Assembly: GCA_965366815.1 (NCBI GenBank)
Contig: CBDUGV010000002.1
Coordinates: forward strand, 758-64,757
Reading direction: 5' to 3'
Source: an uncultured Bdellovibrionales bacterium
GTDB lineage: Bacteria > Bdellovibrionota_C > UBA2361 > SZUA-149
DNA: 64,000 bases
The notes beneath the pieces were generated by a model. That model saw nothing but the letters and a program-made list of their open reading frames with translations. It was not told the origin of the DNA and did no database searches. Below, one piece after another: positions 10,155 to 19,308 of this stretch. Each line of letters opens with the position of its first letter. Within the stretch, counting starts at the first letter, position 1. Position numbers and translations under genes: made by a program.

Positions 10155-10733
10155 CTAAACTAAATTTCGCTTGGCAAGATACTCCCCAAAATGCTTGTCG
10201 GCGCAGTTAGGGCAGACGCTATGGGTCAGGCGTATGTCAGTATGCTCTTCTAGGTAGAGCTCAATTTTTCGCCAATATCCCTCATCGTTTCTGATATTTT
10301 TGCAGTAGCTGCAAATCGGAATCAGGCTCTGTAACTTCTGTAGATCTTCGAGAACCGCCTGGAGCTTCTTCTCGCGCGCCTGCTCTACTATTTTTCGCTC
10401 AGTGATATCACGAGCAACAGAGTAGACTAATCCTGTCTCCATGTCTGGATAGGCAGTCCAGAGCATATAACAATGGCTGTCATCTTTCCGACGATAGCGA
10501 TTTTCGAAAGAAACCGTAGCGTTCCCCTTCGATAACTTTTCCAGCTCCAACAGGGTAGCCACGACATCATCTGGGTGTACATAGTCGACAAATGGGCGAC
10601 TCAGGAGTTCTTCGGAAGTCCAGCCCAGGTTTCGTTCAAATGAGGGGTTGATGTGCTTAAAGTAGCCGTCAAATCCGGCGATACAGAGCATATCAATTGA
10701 GAAGGTAAAAAACTTGCCTAAGTCGAAATCCAT
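10155..10733 (-). CDS. Single-PAS-domain protein with C-terminal 4-Cys module (CxxC...CxxC)
   Basis: PAS-like N-terminal ~110 aa. C-terminus ICSYCKNIRNDEGYWRKIELYLEEHTDIRLTHSVCPNCADKHF. Lies 45 bp upstream of phoB on the same strand. Confidence 0.6.
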   Translation of the reverse strand: MDFDLGKFFTFSIDMLCIAGFDGYFKHINPSFERNLGWTSEELLSRPFVDYVHPDDVVATLLELEKLSKGNATVSFENRYRRKDDSHCYMLWTAYPDMETGLVYSVARDITERKIVEQAREKKLQAVLEDLQKLQSLIPICSYCKNIRNDEGYWRKIELYLEEHTDIRLTHSVCPNCADKHFGEYLAKRNLV

Positions 10734-10955
10734 TGATGGTCGCTACTCCTAACCAGCGCTTCGTTCGCCGCAACTCAACACTAGATTATTAACTTCCCAG
10801 AAGAAAATGTGCAAATCGGCCCTGACCGGAGCTGTCATCGATTCACAACAGATCTGAAGTCGCGAGAAATAGGAGTAGAGCGCTCAATACTGAAGAATCT
10901 AGCTGTTGCCAGTATAGGCACTCTCACGGAGTGCCTGAAATCGGTTCTAGATACC

Positions 10956-11996
10956 TCAGCCTCCTTCCAGGCAATCAGGGGCGGCAAATATCTCTGCCGA
11001 AACCGGAGTGCCAACCGCGCCAACTCGTTCTGCTCGCAACTCTTCTGGAAGTGACTCATTAAAAGCACGAAAATTCTCTGCAGCAGTTTGATTTACATCG
11101 AGAAGCTTCTCTAACCTTGAGAGATGCTCGTCTTCCAATCCGCCAAAATGATCGCGAATAAAATCGGGTAAATGAGAATTGGGCACGTGTTCGTGCAGAG
11201 CGAAACAGCGGTCTCGTACATCCTCCCACTGCTGCACCGACATCTCTGTCTCTTTTTGAAACCAATCAAGACATTCCGTGCTGAGTCGCAAGACTCCCAT
11301 GGTATAGACCACATTGTGATACGCTTCTTCGAGTTGCTCCTCGCTCATCTCTTGGTCTGATTTGCGCGTTTCTCGGTCAAACTCTTCGCGACTCGGTGCC
11401 CCACCACGGCTATTTCGCCAATCCATATCGGCGGCATAAGAATCCTGAAACAGCTTTGCAAATTGCTCAAGCGGAACTGCATCAAACGGTCCCTCTCCTC
11501 GCTCCTGCTCCATCACGGCAAACAAGTCTTCAGCCGAAGCGCCTGCCATGAAGATAGCCCGTTTGCCTGGCCGCAAATCAGCGCTCTCTCCGGAAGGAGC
11601 ACTTGAGACGGTGAGCGACTCGTTCTTTGTTTCACTACATATATCTACCCAAACGGAATCGTCGTAGTCGGTGGCATACACGACACCCATCAACTGTAGT
11701 TCCGGATGAACAAAACCGAGCAAATTGAATCCAAACATCTCGTCTATCTGAAAGGCGCCAGCTTCCTGAAAACCCAACTCGATTAGTTGCGCCTTTGCGT
11801 CTTGAAGTTCCTCCGACTCAAGCCACTCATCATCATCTGGTTTCGACAAAGTAATTCGCGAGGGCGTATTGCCACAGGCACCGACTAAATCCTTCGCAAC
11901 TTTTTTCAAAAATCGCCTCACTCGCCAGATAACGAATCCAACCACAACAACGATGAGCAGAAACAATGCTCCTAGAACTTTCAGAAAGATTCCCAT
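10956..11996 (-). CDS. Hypothetical membrane-anchored protein (one N-terminal TM, acidic cytoplasmic domain)
   Basis: Start chosen at MGIFLKVLGALFLLIVVVVGF, ATG at 11996. No recognisable family. Confidence 0.45.
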   Translation of the reverse strand: MGIFLKVLGALFLLIVVVVGFVIWRVRRFLKKVAKDLVGACGNTPSRITLSKPDDDEWLESEELQDAKAQLIELGFQEAGAFQIDEMFGFNLLGFVHPELQLMGVVYATDYDDSVWVDICSETKNESLTVSSAPSGESADLRPGKRAIFMAGASAEDLFAVMEQERGEGPFDAVPLEQFAKLFQDSYAADMDWRNSRGGAPSREEFDRETRKSDQEMSEEQLEEAYHNVVYTMGVLRLSTECLDWFQKETEMSVQQWEDVRDRCFALHEHVPNSHLPDFIRDHFGGLEDEHLSRLEKLLDVNQTAAENFRAFNESLPEELRAERVGAVGTPVSAEIFAAPDCLEGG

Positions 11997-12228
11997 GTAG
12001 ATCCATGCCTCCAGCGATATATGCGTCGAATACGTACATCGACAGATTCTCTGCACAATCTGAGCTGTACCTGCAGAGCCGTAATTTAACTAGCCATTAT
12101 GGCAACTTAGACAGACAACGGGCCTAGCTTGAATTGGATCTTTCGAAAAAGGAATGTGGGTATTGAGCGCTACGCGAACCGTTCGGGATAGAACGGTTCG
12201 CGCATTCGCGTTCAACGTTCCAATCCGG

Positions 12229-12591
12229 TCAATCAGCCTGCTTATCGCCGGAGGGACCGTCGTCTGGCACTTGCCAGTCGAAGAGCTCCGATCCTCGAGG
12301 TTCGTCCGGGACAACTTCGGTCTGATCTATGACCTGAGTCACCCCTTCAACCCCGCTAAAAGCGTGCGAGATGTGTTGTTTCTGATGCCATGTTCGCAAC
12401 GTTCCATGAACGGTGACGAGACCTTCATGGAAGGTAAACGTCAGTCCACAAAAACGAAGATGACCATGAGCACCGAGCATCTGCTTCAGTCTGCCCTGAA
12501 CCTCTTGTTCATCGGTAGTTACTTGCACGACAGGAGTCACTGCAACTTCTTGCTGTGGCTCTGCCACAAGAGTTCCTTGATCCATAATCAA
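12229..12591 (-). CDS. Small BON-domain-like protein
   Basis: GLVTVHGTLRTWHQKQHISHAFSGVEGVTQVIDQTEV fits the BON pattern (G.VTL.G.V.....K..A...A..V.GV..V.N.L.V). No signal peptide. Confidence 0.4.
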   Translation of the reverse strand: MIMDQGTLVAEPQQEVAVTPVVQVTTDEQEVQGRLKQMLGAHGHLRFCGLTFTFHEGLVTVHGTLRTWHQKQHISHAFSGVEGVTQVIDQTEVVPDEPRGSELFDWQVPDDGPSGDKQAD

Positions 12592-12925
12592 CTAATTCCT
12601 TCGGTTCCAAAGTAAAGATACGCCGGCACAGCGCCGATTGCCGTGGATGCTGTTTTCAGACAGCAACCAAGGCAATCGGTAGTGCTTGGTCAGATCCTAC
12701 TGGCCCAGACAAATTAGCGATGAAAAGAGAATGCAAAGGAACACTACTTGTAGATAACCAACTTAAACCTTTGTAACTACTCAATACCCACCTATGATGG
12801 GAGGCCGATTTTTGCCAGGAATCGCCGGGCATGTCAACGGCAATCGAGGATTTCGTTCAATTTTAGTGTGTAAATAATAAAATAAGCCGAATTTAGGTAA
12901 TAATCGGCTCGGATCTGCTGGATTC

Positions 12926-13405
12926 CTACTTACTATCGGACCCTGTATCGGCAGCATTCCCATCTTCAGGACGCTCCACCCTCCAAGGATCAAACCATAC
13001 GAAGAAGAGGTTGAGCTTCTTCTTTGGGGCAAAGGCCACCGAAGCTCGAGGGAAGCCCTGGAGCGACGGGTCGTCATAGTTGACCCCATCACGACTGACT
13101 CGAACGCCTTCTGGACTATTCCAGAGATAGATCGCTTGTTTGACCCGGATTCGATTGCCCTCTACGACCTCAAACATTTCGCTGGAGCTGAGAACACGGA
13201 CATCGAGCATATCTCCTGGCTCGAACTTAATTATCTTGTCATTCGCCAGATAGTTTCTGGCGTCACTTTCGGAGTTCTCTTTTACTGAATACGCCTTGAG
13301 ATATTCTACCGAGGGCCCGCCGACCGCACTGTGAAACGTGCAGGTTGCAAATGAAACAAGGACGAGGAGCACCACGGCCCACGTCGTTAGCTTTTTGCCA
13401 GACAT
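12926..13405 (-). CDS. Hypothetical secreted protein
   Basis: Internal start MSGKKLTTWAVVLLVLVSFATCTF (signal peptide) with GGAGAG Shine-Dalgarno sequence. 19-nt overlap with the upstream gene suggests an operon. Confidence 0.4.
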   Translation of the reverse strand: MSGKKLTTWAVVLLVLVSFATCTFHSAVGGPSVEYLKAYSVKENSESDARNYLANDKIIKFEPGDMLDVRVLSSSEMFEVVEGNRIRVKQAIYLWNSPEGVRVSRDGVNYDDPSLQGFPRASVAFAPKKKLNLFFVWFDPWRVERPEDGNAADTGSDSK

Positions 13406-13422
13406 AATCTCTCCATACGCGC

Positions 13423-14865
13423 TCAGTTCTTGTTTCGTCTCGACCAGTAGCGCGATGCGAGGTAGTACGAAGCCCACATCGTCAAAAGAACCACTCCATA
13501 CACCGCCAAAGAAAAGCCCCACTCCTTAAAGCCGGAAGTGAGCACGACTCCTTTTGCCATAAGGATGTCATGAGAATGGATCAGCACCTGAGAAACTATT
13601 GCACTGGCGATAAAAGCCACCAGCAATCCAGAAACCGCCGACCCCATTCGAACCACCGTTGCATCCTGATCTTCAGCCTGAGCGTTCAACAAGCTCAAAC
13701 CCCAAACGAGGAAGAACGCCATAACACCTAGAATCGTAGCAGCGGTAACATCAAATTCTTTCGGGTCGAACCGAAAGGCAAATCTGCTAAGCGAGCTATA
13801 TACCGACCGAATAGGCGTGCCTGAGACTGTAACATAGGGTTGTGGTCGAAGCGACTTATCAAGATCTGCAACGTGAGAAACGGTATCTCCGTCAAACGAA
13901 TACAGTCCATTCGAATTACCCAGATAAATATCTCGGGCTGTGTGAAACACAACTGGGGATATCGGCGAGACCACGTGTAGCTTTACCGGCGGCGCGCTTT
14001 GCCCTTCCTGACTCGGTGCAAGCACCTCTGAGCGGGAAAAGCTTCGAAACTCACTATCTCCTTTCGCTAAAAACAACAGCTCCTCGGACGTAAGCAACCA
14101 GGTGCCGGCAGTTGTTACCCGAGCCTGACTCACTCCGGAAATCGCACTGCCAGCATGGAGTACTTCAACAAAGCCTTCCGCCGAGTGTCGATAGAGCTTC
14201 GTCGCTGCAATAAGCCAGAGTTCATTTGAGTCATCGACATAGACCGCGGGCATCCAACCGTTGCCGTCTCGTAACGACACCTCTGGCAGAGCAGTTTCGC
14301 TCCATTGCCCTTGGTTGAAATGAAACAAGCGATAGCTTGAAGGAGAGTCTTTTACGTAACCGAACAGAACCCAGAGGCCATTTGTGCCGGGAGAAAGTTG
14401 TTTGATCATCCCGTCGATTGGCAGGGAGAACTTCTCCCAGCCAGAATCGCTCAGTTGATAGAGCTTTTTCTTGTAGCTTGATCCGACAACAGCCCGATCT
14501 AAACCGACCGCCCAAACTTCCTTGGCTCCGACCGCGACCATCGGCATGCCGATATCTTTGAAAGAAATGGCCGTACGCTTTCCATTCGGCACTTCATACC
14601 GCAGCAAGCGAAACTCGCTGCCATACAACAACTCTTTTAAGGAGCTGCCGTGGCGCTCGATAAAATACCAGGCATCCGTTGATCGATTCGGAATACTCAA
14701 TTCGTGAACGCTTATTTGATCGACCGCATGCCAGCGCCCGTCTCTGAATACTTCGATATTTCGATGCGTGACGTAAGAATCCCGCGTATCGCCGAGTGGT
14801 GGCAAAAAGAGCGCTATGAACAATACTGCAAGCAATTGCAAAGAAACTACCAGAACGCGCCGCAT
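13423..14865 (-). CDS. Hypothetical envelope protein: signal peptide/TM, ~350-aa W/G-rich extracytoplasmic domain, C-terminal 3-4 TM helices
   Basis: Hydropathy read from the translation. No recognisable catalytic motifs. Confidence 0.5.
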   Translation of the reverse strand: MRRVLVVSLQLLAVLFIALFLPPLGDTRDSYVTHRNIEVFRDGRWHAVDQISVHELSIPNRSTDAWYFIERHGSSLKELLYGSEFRLLRYEVPNGKRTAISFKDIGMPMVAVGAKEVWAVGLDRAVVGSSYKKKLYQLSDSGWEKFSLPIDGMIKQLSPGTNGLWVLFGYVKDSPSSYRLFHFNQGQWSETALPEVSLRDGNGWMPAVYVDDSNELWLIAATKLYRHSAEGFVEVLHAGSAISGVSQARVTTAGTWLLTSEELLFLAKGDSEFRSFSRSEVLAPSQEGQSAPPVKLHVVSPISPVVFHTARDIYLGNSNGLYSFDGDTVSHVADLDKSLRPQPYVTVSGTPIRSVYSSLSRFAFRFDPKEFDVTAATILGVMAFFLVWGLSLLNAQAEDQDATVVRMGSAVSGLLVAFIASAIVSQVLIHSHDILMAKGVVLTSGFKEWGFSLAVYGVVLLTMWASYYLASRYWSRRNKN

Positions 14866-15001
14866 TGTTTCCCCCAGTCTCGAATATATTGTCTAGATTA
14901 AACGTAGTGAAAGGTATCTCACAGAAATTGAGTAGCTTGGAAGAAAAAGAAAGGCAACGGGGACCGACACGGTGGTCAATCCCCGTTGCACCCGGATTCA
15001 A

Positions 15002-15433
15002 TTAAGAATCGTCATGCTCGTCTAAAGCAGCGCGAAGCTCTTGTAACGAATGCTCCCCTGACCACTTACGCGGATTACCACACAAGGGACAAGAGCAGCT
15101 AGCCAAGTGATCAGCTAAACGACGTGCAAGAGCATCTACTTCGGCGAGATCAACATCCGACCGAGACGCAAACTGCGCTCGAAGGATTTTGCGAGCTCGC
15201 TCTACTGCTTTACGGGCTTCATCGCGCCGACGGGCGCGAGATGACGAACGACGGGACATAGCGTCCTCCTCAGTCTGAGACATGAAACGGGTCTCAGATG
15301 TGAGCGAGGAAGCTGTGCCGGTCCCATGACTTCCAGCGAAAGCTTCATCTTCATCAATTTTCCTCCTTTCTGGTAGATTGCCTTGCCCACGTGTGAGATC
15401 ACGAAGGTTCGTGAGCGCAGCAGTCAAAAACAT
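15002..15433 (-). CDS. Hypothetical small Arg-rich protein with C-terminal CSCPLCG motif (start uncertain)
   Basis: ORF only; low-complexity N-terminus. Confidence 0.25.
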   Translation of the reverse strand: MFLTAALTNLRDLTRGQGNLPERRKIDEDEAFAGSHGTGTASSLTSETRFMSQTEEDAMSRRSSSRARRRDEARKAVERARKILRAQFASRSDVDLAEVDALARRLADHLASCSCPLCGNPRKWSGEHSLQELRAALDEHDDS

Positions 15434-15676
15434 CGAACCGAACTAGACTGAGTCCAATGCCCATGACAGCTGCGCCCATTACGTGACGGAGACCAGTAAA
15501 AGAGGAAGAAGTTAAAAGATGAAAAACAGTTAAAACACTCTAGAAAACAAATTTCCAAGCTACCCAGAGGAATACTAGCAGTCTCTGAGTAAATTTCAAG
15601 GGTATGATCCTGGGAACGCTCGGTTCCCTCAAATGGGGAAAAACGGGTGGGAAACTACATCGCGTTCGCAAACCTC

Positions 15677-16138
15677 CTAAATAAATTGGCCAAAGTCCTT
15701 CTGCCAGTCTTCCAAACTATTGTTAGAGATTGCGGCATCCAGCGCCCGCATGACCTGAACCAAGGTAGTTTGCTTGGCATGACCTGGGGTTCCGTTTCGG
15801 CCGCTCCAAACGTAGAGCATGTGTGCGCTTACTTCGAAGACATGTACGCCGTCGGTAAAACGCGCACAACCAACTCGCGGTCCGTCGACATAGAACGCCG
15901 GGGTATCACCTACAAGCACCTGTCCAGCCTTGGTTACTTGTTGCAACCCAAACATCTTTACTCCTGCTACGCAGCGCGCAAAATCGCTTCGGCCACGCTG
16001 TGTCGCTTCAGGAAATTGGGGCTCTGGTGTTTTACTTGCGCCAATTACCGTACCTTGAAACGGAGGAGGGTTCGGACCGAGCGGCTGCTTGCGGCCGGCG
16101 GCTCCACCTGCTCCTCTTCCGCTACTTTTCTTAGCCAT
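15677..16138 (-). CDS. Hypothetical protein with Gly/Pro/Lys-rich disordered N-terminus and ~100-aa globular C-terminal domain
   Basis: Start MAKKSSG at 16138 preceded by AAGGAG Shine-Dalgarno sequence 7 nt upstream. Confidence 0.4.
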   Translation of the reverse strand: MAKKSSGRGAGGAAGRKQPLGPNPPPFQGTVIGASKTPEPQFPEATQRGRSDFARCVAGVKMFGLQQVTKAGQVLVGDTPAFYVDGPRVGCARFTDGVHVFEVSAHMLYVWSGRNGTPGHAKQTTLVQVMRALDAAISNNSLEDWQKDFGQFI

Positions 16139-17113
16139 CTGTCGACTCCTTAGCGCAAAGCGCATTAGACAAAAGAACAGTGTGTAAACAACCGTGTCAC
16201 ATTGAGGGAACGAGTATTCCCCTACACTAGCTGGCCACAGGCTGATATACTGTTAAGGCCAGCTCACATCGAGGAATTTCTCAAACGCGTATACTGAGTG
16301 GGAGAGGAAAAGAACAGCTAACCCCTTGAATTTACCATATAAATAAAAAGAGCCCAAATATCGAACCCTTTTGTCGCCAAGCTTCATCTTACATGAACTA
16401 GCGCCCGCTCCTTCTCCGCCCTAAACTGAGTATATGTCCAATTCGACCTGCTTCAGCGGACTACCATAGTATTCCTGCGTTGAGGCAAGGTGCGCATCAG
16501 TCTTCGGTTTTCACATTTTTTTCCGCTCATCAAACCTACCTCGCTCAGCGTTGTAGTGTGCACTTGCCCGAGAGCGGAACATTTTCCCGGGAGCTTACAA
16601 TGGTTGCTTTAACGACCTACACGGCATACCCGGTCAAGCTCGTTTCCCTAGGAGGTACGAAATGCGAATGTCATTCGGGAATCTGTATCGATGGTTTGGG
16701 CACAGTGCCCCTACCAGCCGTCGAGAATATCAGTCGATGGCGGCCATATGGGCCGCTCTTGCCAGAATTCGAAGTGGCACCCGTCCCAGAGTTCCCGCAT
16801 ACGTACCAATTGCGGTCCGTACACGGCAATGTCCTCTTCGCTACCCAAAAAAGGGAACAACCAATTGAGTATAAGCGAGAACTTCGCTACCGGTCCGTTT
16901 ACTCCAATGACAACAGCTTGGCCAAATTCAGTTCAATTCGCCGTTGAACTCTTGGGGGTAGCACAGTGGGTTTCTCACTGGGCACGGTTCTCTAACCGAT
17001 GCGCGCTGCCTCCAAGCCTGTCTTTATTTGTCATCAGCTGTCCTATCTCGATCGAACCTTAAAAAAAGTTCAAGAAATTTAGAAGCATAGACTGTTCTCC
17101 CGCGGATATTGAG

Positions 17114-18250
17114 ATGTGTAGAAGTGCGAGACTGTGTGTGATGACCACGAACCTAAAAATTGGCGATATTATTCAATCGCGCTATGAGATCGTTTGCTGC
17201 CTCGGTGCCGGCAGTATGGGCTACGTCTACGCCTGTCGCGATAAGGAACTCTCGGGTCGCACCGTTGCAATAAAGGTCCTCTACGACGATATCAGTTCTG
17301 ATAAAGCAATCATGACGCGATTTCGAAACGAGGTAAGCTCGTTCTATCGGATAACCCACCCCAATGTTGTTCGGGCCTATGAGTATATACGCGACGGATC
17401 ACTGCACGCCTTTACGATGGAATATGTTGATGGGGGAGATCTTGCCCATCGGCTCGAAGAGGTAGAATGCCTGAGCTACGAAGAAACACTGTCGATTCTA
17501 AAACAGATCGCCAGTGGACTCCAGGCGATTCACGAAACGGGGATAATACACCGAGACATCAAACCTGAAAATGTATTGCTCAGTAGTTCCGGAGTAGTAA
17601 AGATAACTGATTTTGGTATTTCGCTCTGCCCAACGGGACCGCGATTGACCGAGGATGGACGACTCTTGGGAACGATTCCCTACCTTTCGCCCGAGTACCT
17701 TGGCAATGCAACCACAGATGAGCGATCCGACCTCTATTCTGTTGGTATTCTTGCTTATGAAATGCTGACAAACATTCTTCCCTTCGAAGGAAAGAACGTG
17801 TTTGACTCTATGAGAATGCGCCTCGAGCAAGAGGCCGCGCCGCTCGAGCTAATCCGCCGCGATTGTCCAGCAAAGCTCAGCGAGATAATCCGCAAACTCT
17901 TGCAACGCAACCCGGATCGGCGATATCAAAGCGCTGAAACTCTCCTTAACGAGCTAGAAAAAGTGGTGATCGGAGATCAGCCTGCTGAAAACGTGAAGCT
18001 TGAACTACCTACGCCGGAACCGAAGCCGCTCGCTCCAGTTGCCAAGAGGTCGAACCCACGAACGTATCGCAGCGATATCTCAGTCTCAGGGACATATGCT
18101 TCTGGGCAAAGAATGCACGAACTCTATGGTGGCCTCTATCCAATAGAAAATCGAAAAGCCATGCCATTCTCTTTGTTTCTAGGTGGGATCTTTATTCTCG
18201 GACTCATAGTTGGCGGCGCTATTCTCCTGCTCAACGGGACCATAGCCTAA
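17114..18250 (+). CDS. Hanks-type Ser/Thr protein kinase with C-terminal TM anchor
   Basis: VAIKVL (Lys), HRDIKPENVLL catalytic loop, DFGIS, SPE motif. C-terminal FSLFLGGIFILGLIVGGAILLL helix. Real start probably MTTNLK at 17141. Confidence 0.8.
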   Translation: MCRSARLCVMTTNLKIGDIIQSRYEIVCCLGAGSMGYVYACRDKELSGRTVAIKVLYDDISSDKAIMTRFRNEVSSFYRITHPNVVRAYEYIRDGSLHAFTMEYVDGGDLAHRLEEVECLSYEETLSILKQIASGLQAIHETGIIHRDIKPENVLLSSSGVVKITDFGISLCPTGPRLTEDGRLLGTIPYLSPEYLGNATTDERSDLYSVGILAYEMLTNILPFEGKNVFDSMRMRLEQEAAPLELIRRDCPAKLSEIIRKLLQRNPDRRYQSAETLLNELEKVVIGDQPAENVKLELPTPEPKPLAPVAKRSNPRTYRSDISVSGTYASGQRMHELYGGLYPIENRKAMPFSLFLGGIFILGLIVGGAILLLNGTIA

Positions 18251-18268
18251 ACGCAGAAAAGAGAACGT

Positions 18269-19294
18269 CTAAGCAAGTTCTCGCTTTTGTTCTCGAGCTA
18301 AGAGGGCCTCAACTGCTTCTTCCACGGTAGTCTTGCCAGAGAGCAAGGCGTCGGTTTGCTCGACTATTGGCATTTCAATCCCGAGCTTTTTCGCCAACTC
18401 CAATGCCAAGTGAGCCGATTTTACCCCTTCAGCCACTTGTCCGAGATCCTTGGTGATATCCTCGAGTTTTTCACCGCGACCCAAACGCAAGCCAACTTGC
18501 CTGTTCCGACTCAAATCTCCTACTGCAGTAAGCAAGAGATCGCCTAAGCCAGAGAGTCCACCAACGGTTCTCGGATCTGCTCCCATACCAACCGCAAGGG
18601 AGGTCAATTCCGCTAATCCTCGAGTCACCAGAGCTGCTCGCGCATTTTGCCCCATGCCGACGCCATCGACGATGCCGGTGGCCAGAGCAATAACATTCTT
18701 TAGGGCACCTCCGAATTCCACACCGATCACATCGGTGGAAGTGTAAATGCGCAAATTGCCGTGGTGAAAGAAGTCGCTGATACTCTTTGCCGTTTCAATA
18801 TCATGCGCTGCCAGCGTAGCCGCTGTTGGAAACCCCTGTACCAGCTCGGCGGCAAAATTCGGCCCACCGAGCGCACCAATAGAGCCGGGATTTCCCAACT
18901 CCTCGGCAATGATTTGACTGGGACGCTTAAGCGTCGAAGTCTCGAGTCCCTTCACGCCGCTGACCACAAGAAGGTCTTTGGGTATGTGGCCCGACAAAGC
19001 TGACAACACCTGCCGCACACCAGAAGAGGGGACGGCGACGACCAAGAGTTCGGCAGCCGAAACTGCCTTCGTTAAATCCGACTCAGTGCAAAGGCCCTTC
19101 GCCAGCGGAAAACCCTTGAGGTAGCGGGGGTTCATTCCCTGCTCAGTGATGTGCGAAAGCACATCCTCATCTCTACCCCAAAGCGTTACATCCTGACCTG
19201 ATGATTGTAGGTGATTAGCAAGGGCCGTTCCCCAGCTTCCGGCACCAAGTACGGTCACGGAGCGTCCGGTTGTAGGTTTCTTTTGCTCTGACAT
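18269..19294 (-). CDS. gpsA: NAD(P)H-dependent glycerol-3-phosphate dehydrogenase
   Basis: VTVLGAGSWGTALA Rossmann motif, full-length (341 aa) GpsA-like architecture. Confidence 0.85.
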   Translation of the reverse strand: MSEQKKPTTGRSVTVLGAGSWGTALANHLQSSGQDVTLWGRDEDVLSHITEQGMNPRYLKGFPLAKGLCTESDLTKAVSAAELLVVAVPSSGVRQVLSALSGHIPKDLLVVSGVKGLETSTLKRPSQIIAEELGNPGSIGALGGPNFAAELVQGFPTAATLAAHDIETAKSISDFFHHGNLRIYTSTDVIGVEFGGALKNVIALATGIVDGVGMGQNARAALVTRGLAELTSLAVGMGADPRTVGGLSGLGDLLLTAVGDLSRNRQVGLRLGRGEKLEDITKDLGQVAEGVKSAHLALELAKKLGIEMPIVEQTDALLSGKTTVEEAVEALLAREQKRELA

Positions 19295-19308
19295 GCAATC
19301 CTAGAATT

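Noticed and set aside
10826-10850. An E. coli-type CTGTCAT Pho half-site upstream of the PAS gene.
   Set aside because: It is a single half-site with a poor partner (TCACAAC) and lies on the opposite strand to the downstream gene. The phased TTAG repeats near the porin are preferred.
12154-12615. A 153-aa + strand ORF overlapping the BON-like gene.
   Set aside because: The translation is not protein-like and lacks an RBS. The opposite-strand ORF carries a recognisable BON pattern.
12884-12910. A hairpin downstream of the secreted-protein gene as a terminator.
   Set aside because: It has only a 6-bp stem with a 13-nt loop, and although a U-rich run follows it is too weak to call confidently.
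16480-17062. 155-aa and 123-aa ORFs in the long gap.
   Set aside because: Low-complexity translations, no Shine-Dalgarno sequence, mutually overlapping. They are treated as non-coding, and the gap is reported as a finding instead.
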